Shown in pieces: positions 1-8,394 of a stretch of 44,362 nucleotides of DNA (position 1 is the first letter of the stretch; the number at the start of each line of letters is the position of its first letter). Under the pieces are notes generated by a model. That model made no database searches. It saw only the letters and a program-made list of their open reading frames with translations, and had not been told where the DNA came from. The stretch comes from Saprospiraceae bacterium. GTDB taxonomy: Bacteria; Bacteroidota; Bacteroidia; Chitinophagales; Saprospiraceae. Made by a program: the position numbers and the translations under genes. Where the stretch lies: contig JAYTON010000669.1 of the NCBI GenBank assembly GCA_043747725.1, positions 1 through 44,362 on the forward strand. Direction: 5' to 3'.

Positions 1-109
1 CCATAGACCCAGAAAAACACTCGATTTTTATTCGCCTTTTGAGACTTTATTACTAAAAAACGATTTATTAACCTGTTGCACTTGAATATTGAATTCGCCT
101 TTTACATAA

Positions 110-174
110 AATCCCTTCGGGATTGTGTAAAATGACCATTTGTTATTCTATAAACATAAATTCCCTTCGGGAAT
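110..174. repeat. Two similar small TTCG-loop hairpins within a roughly 50-nt direct repeat
   Basis: ACATAAAATCCCTTCGGGATTGTG has its hairpin at 110-124. ACATAAATTCCCTTCGGGAATGTG has its hairpin at 160-174. Confidence 0.6.
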
Positions 175-238
175 GTGAGACAGGTTAAATTGCGACATAA
201 AGCCGATAATTCCGATTAAAAAAAGCAAATCGAAAAAA

Positions 239-1414
239 ATGAAAATGTGGATTATTATTATTTTATTAGGAATTGTATCATCGTGCAGTAAAAAGACAAC
301 TGATACACCCGCCAATCCTACTACACCAACGGTAACAGTAGATTTATCGCCGTTAAAATTGCCAAAAGGTGTCAAGCAAACTGATGTAGAATGGCAAAAT
401 ACTGAGGGGGTACTCACCTTTGTAAAAAACACAAATTTCAGCGACCAAGCCGATGCCGATTTGGACAAAGAAGGCTTTTATTGGACAGTGCCAAGCATTG
501 TAAAAAAAGTGGTAATCAATGCCAATGTCACAATCACAGGCGGTTTTCGGGCTATTGATGTCTTGACAATCGAAGGCAAAGGCCGAGCAACTTCCGAAAT
601 TTTTGGCACAAACACCAAAGGCTGGTCGCTCGGCGCAGACGGCATAGGAGACCCCAATACAAGCTGTACCAATGGCGCAAAAGGTGATGACCGTGTACAT
701 GATTGCGAAAAATGGAAATACGGGGCTGTTAGTTCCACCGCCACCGCATCGGTGACGGTAACGGTTCAAAATTTGACCATTACCAACGCCCGTTCTTATG
801 CCATTACGAGTTTTGGGTCAAAATACATCGTGGACAATGTCCATATCCGCAACACCCGACCCACACCAGATTACCACAGCAATTCAGACGGTATCAGTGC
901 AGGTGCTGGTTCAACAGTCAAAAACTCAAAAATTGATACATGGGACGATGAAATCAAACTCTATCGAGATATGATAGTAGAAAACGTCACATTGGTACAT
1001 AACAGCAATGGCGCACCGTTTCAACTCGGTTGGGGCAACGATAATAATGTGACCAATCACACAATAAAAAACGTCTTGGTTTTGGTAAATAATAAAAGCT
1101 ACACCAATTTAGCCCTGTTTTCAGCTTCTTTAACAAGCGGAAAAGTAACCCGAAATGTGACAATTGATGGTTTAAAAGTGCAATATGAAGCGACTCAAAA
1201 AGTGAGAAATACAGACCCCTTGCCTTTATTTTTAATGAAATCACCCGACGCTCTTTTAAATATTACTTTACCAGCCAATGGTGTGTTGGATATATCTGCG
1301 CCCGTTGGTTTGGGCGGTACAGGCAAAGTGACTATCAATGCTTGTGGGGTAACAACGGTTCAGAATAAATACAGTTGTGGCGATGCAAGCAAGGTAACAG
1401 GGTGTGGGTGGTGA
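239..1414 (+). CDS. Surface lipoprotein with right-handed beta-helix (pectate-lyase fold), carbohydrate-active enzyme candidate
   Basis: 391-aa ORF. The N-terminus MKMWIIIILLGIVSSC is a signal peptide with a lipobox Cys. It has rung-like strings NANVTITGG, VQNLTITNA, VDNVHIRNT and VENVTLVHN. SNSDGIS...TWDDEIKL resembles the NTDG/DD strings of GH28-type beta-helix hydrolases. The family cannot be assigned without a search. Confidence 0.6.
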   Translation: MKMWIIIILLGIVSSCSKKTTDTPANPTTPTVTVDLSPLKLPKGVKQTDVEWQNTEGVLTFVKNTNFSDQADADLDKEGFYWTVPSIVKKVVINANVTITGGFRAIDVLTIEGKGRATSEIFGTNTKGWSLGADGIGDPNTSCTNGAKGDDRVHDCEKWKYGAVSSTATASVTVTVQNLTITNARSYAITSFGSKYIVDNVHIRNTRPTPDYHSNSDGISAGAGSTVKNSKIDTWDDEIKLYRDMIVENVTLVHNSNGAPFQLGWGNDNNVTNHTIKNVLVLVNNKSYTNLALFSASLTSGKVTRNVTIDGLKVQYEATQKVRNTDPLPLFLMKSPDALLNITLPANGVLDISAPVGLGGTGKVTINACGVTTVQNKYSCGDASKVTGCGW

Positions 1415-1526
1415 TTAAAAATAATTTATTACCCCCTCAGTCATGCTTTCAGCTTGATGGAGCGAGACGCACCATATTTTCACCCTTTTCACCGTTAATT
1501 TTATCAAAATGAAAAATATAATACTT

Positions 1527-1555
1527 TGAGACATTTCAACCCACACAATGAGACA
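1527..1555 (+). promoter_or_regulatory. Direct repeat TGAGACA x2, 22-nt phase, upstream of the GH-A gene (candidate HTCS/AraC-type operator)
   Basis: TGAGACA lies at 1527-1533 and 1549-1555. The first copy shares the 12-mer TTTGAGACATTT with the susC-upstream site. Confidence 0.35.
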
Positions 1556-1600
1556 AAACACCAAGCAAAAACACAGACTTTTATCCCAAAATACTGTCAA

Positions 1601-4240
1601 ATGCGATTTATTATTCTTTTCCTATTTTTAATCAACACTTATTCAAGCATAGGGCAAAAACCTATTGCTGCCACTGTTCATATCAATACCCAACAAGGTG
1701 GACACCCGATTGTGGTGGGTAGTTCGGGTTTCAACGCCCGCATAGGCGATAAAGTATGGAGTTACAAACACCCCGATTTTATCAAGGCGGTAAAAACCTT
1801 GCGTCCGGGTTGGTTGCGCTATTGGAGTGGCACGGCGGGCGATGCTTTTTGTATGGCAACGGGGCAATACGACCAAGAGTATATCAATATGTTTGACAAA
1901 GGCGAGGCGTATGACCGTTTGTATCAATTTGTAGAAGTGAAGGGTCCACATCGGCTCATGGATTTGTATCAATTGATGGGGAGTATTAGCGGTAAAATTG
2001 TGATAACCGTCAATGCTTTTACCGAAACACCCGAAATGACAGCCGAACTCGCTCGATTTTGCAAAAACAATCATATCAAGGTAGAAGCATGGCAGTTTTG
2101 CAACGAACCTTATTTTTATATCCCTTCCCGACAGCGTTATTGGTGGAATAATGGTTTTGATTATGCTCAAAAAATGAAACCTCATGCCGATAGTATTGTA
2201 AAAGTTTTTCCCGAAGCCCGTTTGGCTTTGAATTTTACGTGGGATGGTATTTGGGATTTTATGAAAGAAATCAATCAATATCAAAAAGAGCGTGGCGCAT
2301 TTTGGAACACCTTTTCAAAACATTCTTATGCACCCCATACAGGCAAAGAAGAACCTTTCGCTGATGCTTATAAACGCTTGAATACCAAACTGTTAGAAGT
2401 CACAAGCCCCAAAGCCATGCGTGACATTGAGGAATGGACGCAAAAAGGTATTCCCATGCTTATCACCGAATTTGGGGTCTGGAATCGCCCTTTGAACGGC
2501 ATTATGTCTGCCGTTTACAATGCAGAATATACCTTGCGTCAATTGGCACATCCGAATACATGGCTGATTGGGTCGCATGAAATCAGCAATAAAGCCAAAC
2601 CAAAATTGAATTTCAATAATCAAATTGCAACGGCTTTTGAAAAAAATACCCCCCTCAGTACCACCGCCTTAAAAACCGATATTGAACTTGATGATGAAGG
2701 CAATGCCTTGAAAATACTGCACGAAGCCACCAACAATGCCGATTACATTTGGGAGACAACCCTAAAAGGTGGCGCAAAAGTAGAAGGGTTGAAAAATACA
2801 CAAGTGGAGGGCGTTTTTGGACTTGCTTTTCAAGGCATACACGATTATGATTATTTGGCATTGACAAATCGAAGTGATAAAGCCCATGAAATAACTGTTT
2901 TTTTTGATGATAAAAAACAAACCCAAACCTGCATCCGCACATGGATTGCAGGAGAACAAGCGGAAGCAAAAAATGTAGAAATTAAAACCGACGTGGTTAA
3001 AAATACGGATAAAATACTGTTACCACCGTTTAGTTCCATGCTGGTAAGTTGGGAGAAAAACCAAAAACGCCCCCCTCAGTATAGCCGCATTTACAAGGCT
3101 GAAAATAGGGCTGATGGCATTTTTTTAAAATGGTGGATACGCCCCGAAGCAACGGATTATGATTTAAAGATTACAGATACGCAAACGGGTAAAACCACTA
3201 CGCACACTATAAAAGGTACGGCAATGGATAGTTTTCTTTTCAAAAATGCTCAACGGAATACGACCTATCAATTTACGATAACCGCTAAAAACAGCATAGG
3301 ACAAAGCCGTGCATCTGACCCTGTAACCCTTGCAACAGCCTTACCACAACAACCCCAAATTTTCAAAATTGCCCCTCGCAGCAATCAACTGACGGTCTTT
3401 TGGCACAGTGTGGCAAATGCAATGGGCTATAAAGTGACAATACAATCGGAAGACAAAAGTTTTACTAAAGAGTATGATGCGGATAATGTTTTTGGCTATA
3501 AAATCTATGATTTACCCTTGAATACGCCTTGTAGAGTATCTATTTTAGCGTATAATGGTTTAGGAAATAGCGAAACGTCTCCCGCAATTAATTTTACGTG
3601 TAAAAAGAATATCCCTTTACCACCGAGCAATATTTCTGCCATTGAAAATGAAAAAGGCGGTATTGACTTGACATGGAACGCGCCAAAACAAGGAAATACT
3701 GTTGAGGCACGAAATCCCGATACAATCGGGAAGGGGGTCTTGTACCGTTTATATCGCGGTGAAAAACCCCATGATTTTACGGTTTTAAAAGACAATATAA
3801 AGGCACTTTCTTTCACCGATGAAACCGTCAAAGCGGGTAAAGATTATTTTTATACGGTCAAATCCTATACTTTAGAGGGTGGCGAATGTAGTTTTTATCC
3901 CAATATAGGCACTATTATTCGGAACAATACAAAAATCAGTCTTTGGGTTGATGCAGTTGATAAAAATAAGGAGGGGGGATATGATGTGACCGTCCGTTTC
4001 AAAAATATGCCTTTAGATGGTGAAAGCAATCTTGGTATTTTACTGTCCGATGTCAGTTATTTAAACGGTGAAGAAACGCTTTTTAAAGCCACCACCATTG
4101 ACAAGGATTTTTATACCGTTAAAATACCCGCTTCGGCACTGAAAAATAAAGCCACGTATGCCCTCAAAGCCACCATACAAACCAATGGAGGAACGCCTGT
4201 TGTGAGTTTGCCACCGCATAAGGGATTTAAAATGCAGTAG
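1601..4240 (+). CDS. Clan GH-A (TIM-barrel) glycoside hydrolase candidate with C-terminal fibronectin-III-like repeats
   Basis: ORF 1526..4240. I moved the start to the Met at 1601 (MRFIILFLFLINTYSSIGQ, signal peptide). WQFCNEPY is an NEP acid/base string and MLITEFG is a TEF nucleophile string, as in GH5/30/39/79-type enzymes. At least three FN3-like modules follow (GIFLKWW..., LTVFWHSVANAMGYKV, IDLTWNAP...YRLYRG). Confidence 0.7.
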   Translation: MRFIILFLFLINTYSSIGQKPIAATVHINTQQGGHPIVVGSSGFNARIGDKVWSYKHPDFIKAVKTLRPGWLRYWSGTAGDAFCMATGQYDQEYINMFDKGEAYDRLYQFVEVKGPHRLMDLYQLMGSISGKIVITVNAFTETPEMTAELARFCKNNHIKVEAWQFCNEPYFYIPSRQRYWWNNGFDYAQKMKPHADSIVKVFPEARLALNFTWDGIWDFMKEINQYQKERGAFWNTFSKHSYAPHTGKEEPFADAYKRLNTKLLEVTSPKAMRDIEEWTQKGIPMLITEFGVWNRPLNGIMSAVYNAEYTLRQLAHPNTWLIGSHEISNKAKPKLNFNNQIATAFEKNTPLSTTALKTDIELDDEGNALKILHEATNNADYIWETTLKGGAKVEGLKNTQVEGVFGLAFQGIHDYDYLALTNRSDKAHEITVFFDDKKQTQTCIRTWIAGEQAEAKNVEIKTDVVKNTDKILLPPFSSMLVSWEKNQKRPPQYSRIYKAENRADGIFLKWWIRPEATDYDLKITDTQTGKTTTHTIKGTAMDSFLFKNAQRNTTYQFTITAKNSIGQSRASDPVTLATALPQQPQIFKIAPRSNQLTVFWHSVANAMGYKVTIQSEDKSFTKEYDADNVFGYKIYDLPLNTPCRVSILAYNGLGNSETSPAINFTCKKNIPLPPSNISAIENEKGGIDLTWNAPKQGNTVEARNPDTIGKGVLYRLYRGEKPHDFTVLKDNIKALSFTDETVKAGKDYFYTVKSYTLEGGECSFYPNIGTIIRNNTKISLWVDAVDKNKEGGYDVTVRFKNMPLDGESNLGILLSDVSYLNGEETLFKATTIDKDFYTVKIPASALKNKATYALKATIQTNGGTPVVSLPPHKGFKMQ

Positions 4241-4323
4241 GAGTAATTTGTAAATACATTTGCAAAAAACGCTTAATTTTACGTCAAAATTTTCAATTAT
4301 TGTTTTTTGCAGCACCCGACACA

Positions 4324-7300
4324 ATGTATTTACGCTACACAACACTCCTATATATTTGCCTGTGGTTTTTAAAACCACTTCAAGGACAAAATACCCAGCC
4401 TTATGCACACGCACAAGCGGAAACTTGGCTGCCCAAGCACCTCATTCGAGATATTTATCAAGATGCAAAAGGGGGGATTTGGATTTGTACAAATGCAGGT
4501 TTGTACAAATACAATTTACACGCACTTGAAAACATCAATTTGACTAAAAAAACAACGACCCAATTTTTAAATAATGCGACTTCAACCATAGCGGAAGACA
4601 GTTTTGGAAATATTTTAGTCGGAACGGAAAGCGGTTTGGGCGTTTTGGAAAACAACGGCAATTGCACTATTTTATCGAAAACAGATGAAACCATTAGTAA
4701 AATTAAGGTAGAAACATCGGGCGTAGTTTGGTGGATGACCCTGAATGGCAAATTATACAAAGCGCACCCCCTCAGTAAAAATCAATACAACGACGCCTTT
4801 TTAGTGTATGAAACGAGTAAAATTTTAGGAAAAGATACGGAAGTGAATACTTTTGACCTTTTGCCAACGGGCGAAATTGCCATAGGGTCAAATAAGGGAT
4901 TTTATTTATACAATCAAAAAACAGGTAGCCTTATCCCTTCAACAATAACCCAAAATATTACCACTATTTTCACCGATAAAAATCAAAATATATGGGTGGG
5001 TACAAGCAATAGCGGCTTGTTTTTAAAAGAAGAAAACACGACTTCTTTCCGTAAAATTGCTTTAACGGGTACAAATATCGAGCGCAATCAGCAAATCATT
5101 TCAATAAAAAACTTAGCTGAAACAAGCCTTTTAGTCACCACACCACAAAATATTTACCTTGTTTCTGAAAAAGATTTAAGCGTAAAATTGTTGAAAGAAA
5201 ATATATTTCCCAACCGAGAAAGTTATATCACCACCGCTTTTGCAGACCGCACGGCTAATATTTGGTTGGGCAGCCCCATTGGTTTGTATAAAATGAAAAA
5301 ACAGGGAGTTAAAGCCACCTTTTTTCCCATAGAAACGAAGGATTTTTTTCTCAATAATCAAATTCATCACCTGTACAGCGAGGGTAATTCCCTTTGGATA
5401 GGCACTTCTTCAGATGGCTTGTACCGAATGAATACCGCTACTTTGCAACAATCTAAAGCAGATATACCCCTTAAAACTATCAGGCGTATTCGTAAATCGC
5501 AACGGGGCGATTGGATTGTAGCAGGGAGCAGCAAAATAGGCATTTATACTGAGGGGGGTGGTATAAAAATGCTGCATGAAACGGTGGGAACAGCGATGGA
5601 TTTATTAGAAATTGCGGAAGGTGAGTGGTGGATTACGACGTGGACATCGGGTTTGACCCGCTTCTTTGAAACGCCTGCCGATTCTATTAAAAGCCCACAC
5701 ACAGCCATTTTTAATAAAGCCAATGCGTCTTTTAATAAAAATATTCACCCATTTTGCCTCATCAAAGACCGTGAACAAAATGTTTGGATAGGCACAAGGG
5801 GAAATGGGCTGTATAAAATAAATCTGCCCCAACAAACCATTCAACATTATGGAGGCGACACAAAAGGGCATATAGCGTCTAATCGCATTTTATGCCTTAA
5901 AGAAGACAGCAAGGGCAATATTTGGGTAGGCACTCGGGGCGATGGTTTGCTGTTATATCAAGCAAAAGCCGATGATTTCAAAATTTTTGATGCTAAAAAT
6001 GGCTTGATGTCTAATACCATTTGCGCTATCGAAGAAGGGCAATCGGGTAGTTTATGGCTATCCACTTTAAACGGTTTAGCAAAAATACGAGATATTTCGA
6101 TGCCTTTTCAAACCTTTGGCAGCGAGGCAGGTATTAACAGTCCCGAATTTCATTTCAATGCTTCGGCAAAAGACGCACAGGGCTATTTGTATTTTGGCAA
6201 TGTGGCGGGTATTTACCGCCTCAAAGATGTGGATAATATGGCAACCGCACAAGTCCCTTTTGTATGGACACAGTTTGACATTTTAAATGCCCAAAATACT
6301 GAGGGGGGTGTCAAAGAACGGTTAGTTGCACCGAATGAAGCGGGGAAAACGGTAGAATTGGCGCATAACCAAAACAGTTTTCGCATTGGATTTGCTTTGT
6401 TGGATTATACAACACCTGAAAAAAACCAATATGCGTATAGGCTGATTGGAAAAGATACGACTTGGCAATATATAGAAGGAGTACGCCCTGTGGTGGAATA
6501 TGTGGATTTGGCTACGGGCGATTATCTTTTTGAAGTACGCAGTGCCAACAGTTACGGGCAGTGGATGACGGCAACAGCGAGCCTTAAAATTGCCATTAAT
6601 CCTTCGTTTTGGTGGTCGAGGACGGCATTTTTCTTCTATTTTTTATTGATAGGTATATTGGCTATCACGGCTTATATCTTGTGGCAAAATTGGTTTAAAC
6701 TCAATAGACAGCTTCAAGAAGAACACGAAATAGCGCAAAAACAAACCCAGCAAATCGTGTTTTACACCGATTTATCACATGAAATTAAAAACCGTTTATC
6801 GCTCATTTTGGGTCCGTTGGAGCAAGCCTTACACGATAAAAAAGTGAATACGGCTGTGTTGGATAATCTCTATGACCAAGCTCTGCGGGTGAAAAAATTG
6901 ACCGACCAAATTATGAACATTCGTAAAGGCGAAAGTGGGATGTTTAATTTGAGCGTGACGGAGGAAAATATCAAATCTCGTTTGGAAAAACTGTATCGAG
7001 AAGCCCAACCTTTAGCCGTTTTAAAAAATATCCAGTTTGATTTTAACAGTCAAAAAGAAACTTTACGCGGGTGGTGCGATGAGGAATTATTAGAGATTAT
7101 TGTCCAAAATTTATTGAATAATGCGATAAAATACTGCAAAATTGGCGGAGAAGTAAGCCTAAAAATAGATGCTCAATATTTGGGGGGCATGGATTTGCCT
7201 TGTAAAACCGAAGTAGGAGAGGGCAACTATCTGATTTGCACAGTGCAAGATACAGGTGTGGGCATACCGCAAGCGGAAATTGACAAAGTGGTGCAACCGT

Positions 7301-8373
7301 TTTATCGAGCAGAAAATACCAAATTTAATCGGGAAGATAAAAGCGGAACGGGCATTGGCTTGGATTTGGTGGCTCGGTTGATTAATCTGCATCATGGCTG
7401 TTTGGATATTCGCAGCGAAGAAGGCATTTTTACAGCCGTAACTTTTTATTTACCAATTGATAAACTGCAATACAACATTTCGGAATTAAAACCCAGTATC
7501 GTTCACGCCCCCATTGTTTTGCCCGATAATAAACCGCATTTTGAAGAAAAGGAAGGTTTAATTCTCCCTCAAAATGACAATAATATTGGGGATACCCCCC
7601 CCTTGATGTCCCGACAAGGCGGAACAGTATCCAAGCCTATTTCAGGGCAAATTTTAGTCGTAGATGATAATCCCGAAATTTTAAAATATTTGAAAGAAAC
7701 GCTTGAAATGGATTTTACAGTTCATACAGCCGATGATGGGCAAGAGGCTTTGGCTGTCTTAAAAAAACAAGATATTGAATTGATAGTCAGCGATTTATCT
7801 ATGCCCAATATGGACGGTTTGACTTTATGCAGACATATTCGACAGGATAAAAATTGGGTAAATTTGCCTTTCGTGATTTTAACAGGGCGCAATTCGGAAG
7901 AACAAAAATTGGTTTGTTTTCAGAATGAAGTAGATGATTTTATTGAAAAACCATTTAGTCCCGAACTCTTGCGTTGGCGGGTAAAAAGCCTATTAAGACA
8001 AGCAAAAGGGAAACAAAAAAAGGTCGTCATTATAGAACCCAGAGAAGAAATTTATGAATCGGAAGACGAAAAATTCATTCAAAATATCGTGAATTTGATA
8101 GACCAAAACATTGATAAAGCGTTTTTAGATGTCGAGTTTTTAGCCAATAACCTCTATTTTAGTCGTGCTACCTTTTATCGCAAAATGGAGGAAGTAGTAG
8201 GGGAGTCCCCTTCCGTATTTATCCGAAAATATCGGCTCAAAAAAGCAGCACAGATGCTCAAATCGGGTCAGTTTATGGTGCATGAAGTGGCTTCAAAAAC
8301 GGGTTTTAGCAATCCTAAATATTTCTCAAAATGTTTTGAGAAGGAGTTTGGGGTGTTGCCTACGCAAGTTTGA
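4324..8373 (+). CDS. Hybrid two-component system (HTCS) sensor kinase/response regulator with AraC-type HTH
   Basis: ORF 4300..8373, with the start probably at Met 4324 (MYLRYTTLLYICLWFLKPLQGQ). The long N-terminus has propeller-type repeats (recurrent W[IV]GT..GL strings) followed by one TM segment (FFFYFLLIGILAITAYILW). Further strings are the H-box DLSHEIKNRL, ATPase boxes DTGVGIP and GTGIGL, a receiver domain (ILVVDDN...SDLSMPNMDG) and an AraC HTH (GFSNPKYFSKCFEKEFG). Confidence 0.9.
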   Translation: MYLRYTTLLYICLWFLKPLQGQNTQPYAHAQAETWLPKHLIRDIYQDAKGGIWICTNAGLYKYNLHALENINLTKKTTTQFLNNATSTIAEDSFGNILVGTESGLGVLENNGNCTILSKTDETISKIKVETSGVVWWMTLNGKLYKAHPLSKNQYNDAFLVYETSKILGKDTEVNTFDLLPTGEIAIGSNKGFYLYNQKTGSLIPSTITQNITTIFTDKNQNIWVGTSNSGLFLKEENTTSFRKIALTGTNIERNQQIISIKNLAETSLLVTTPQNIYLVSEKDLSVKLLKENIFPNRESYITTAFADRTANIWLGSPIGLYKMKKQGVKATFFPIETKDFFLNNQIHHLYSEGNSLWIGTSSDGLYRMNTATLQQSKADIPLKTIRRIRKSQRGDWIVAGSSKIGIYTEGGGIKMLHETVGTAMDLLEIAEGEWWITTWTSGLTRFFETPADSIKSPHTAIFNKANASFNKNIHPFCLIKDREQNVWIGTRGNGLYKINLPQQTIQHYGGDTKGHIASNRILCLKEDSKGNIWVGTRGDGLLLYQAKADDFKIFDAKNGLMSNTICAIEEGQSGSLWLSTLNGLAKIRDISMPFQTFGSEAGINSPEFHFNASAKDAQGYLYFGNVAGIYRLKDVDNMATAQVPFVWTQFDILNAQNTEGGVKERLVAPNEAGKTVELAHNQNSFRIGFALLDYTTPEKNQYAYRLIGKDTTWQYIEGVRPVVEYVDLATGDYLFEVRSANSYGQWMTATASLKIAINPSFWWSRTAFFFYFLLIGILAITAYILWQNWFKLNRQLQEEHEIAQKQTQQIVFYTDLSHEIKNRLSLILGPLEQALHDKKVNTAVLDNLYDQALRVKKLTDQIMNIRKGESGMFNLSVTEENIKSRLEKLYREAQPLAVLKNIQFDFNSQKETLRGWCDEELLEIIVQNLLNNAIKYCKIGGEVSLKIDAQYLGGMDLPCKTEVGEGNYLICTVQDTGVGIPQAEIDKVVQPFYRAENTKFNREDKSGTGIGLDLVARLINLHHGCLDIRSEEGIFTAVTFYLPIDKLQYNISELKPSIVHAPIVLPDNKPHFEEKEGLILPQNDNNIGDTPPLMSRQGGTVSKPISGQILVVDDNPEILKYLKETLEMDFTVHTADDGQEALAVLKKQDIELIVSDLSMPNMDGLTLCRHIRQDKNWVNLPFVILTGRNSEEQKLVCFQNEVDDFIEKPFSPELLRWRVKSLLRQAKGKQKKVVIIEPREEIYESEDEKFIQNIVNLIDQNIDKAFLDVEFLANNLYFSRATFYRKMEEVVGESPSVFIRKYRLKKAAQMLKSGQFMVHEVASKTGFSNPKYFSKCFEKEFGVLPTQV

Positions 8374-8384
8374 CCCCCTCAGTA
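8374..8384 (-). repeat. Intergenic copy of the 11-mer TACTGAGGGGG
   Basis: Exact CCCCCTCAGTA on the + strand, directly after the HTCS stop codon. The 17-mer ACCCCCTCAGTATTTTT is shared with 10051-10067. Confidence 0.95.
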
Positions 8385-8394
8385 TTTTTCAATA

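Noticed and set aside
353-769. Antisense or alternate-frame ORFs overlapping strongly supported genes. Examples are 148..468, 353..769, 1643..2284, 10422..10856, 31357..32016, 35522..35986, 37724..38125, 38585..38986, 38746..39090 and 41293..41583.
   Set aside because: Each lies fully inside a longer ORF that carries clear family motifs. Their translations are low-complexity or Cys/Arg-rich with no recognisable domains. They are most likely shadow ORFs.
1526-1600. N-terminal extensions given by the ORF track at 1526, 4300, 20135, 27011, 33153, 41872 and 43284.
   Set aside because: In every case an internal Met begins a canonical signal peptide or lipobox, or a family N-terminus (ParA MIISITNLKGG, Fic MRYIHQ). 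The upstream codons run through repeats, motif copies or AT-rich promoter-like DNA.
7561-7630. The C-rich tract GATACCCCCCCCTTGATG and ATTCTCCCTCAAAA in the HTCS gene as degenerate motif copies.
   Set aside because: Each has more than two mismatches to the 11-mer, so they were not counted.
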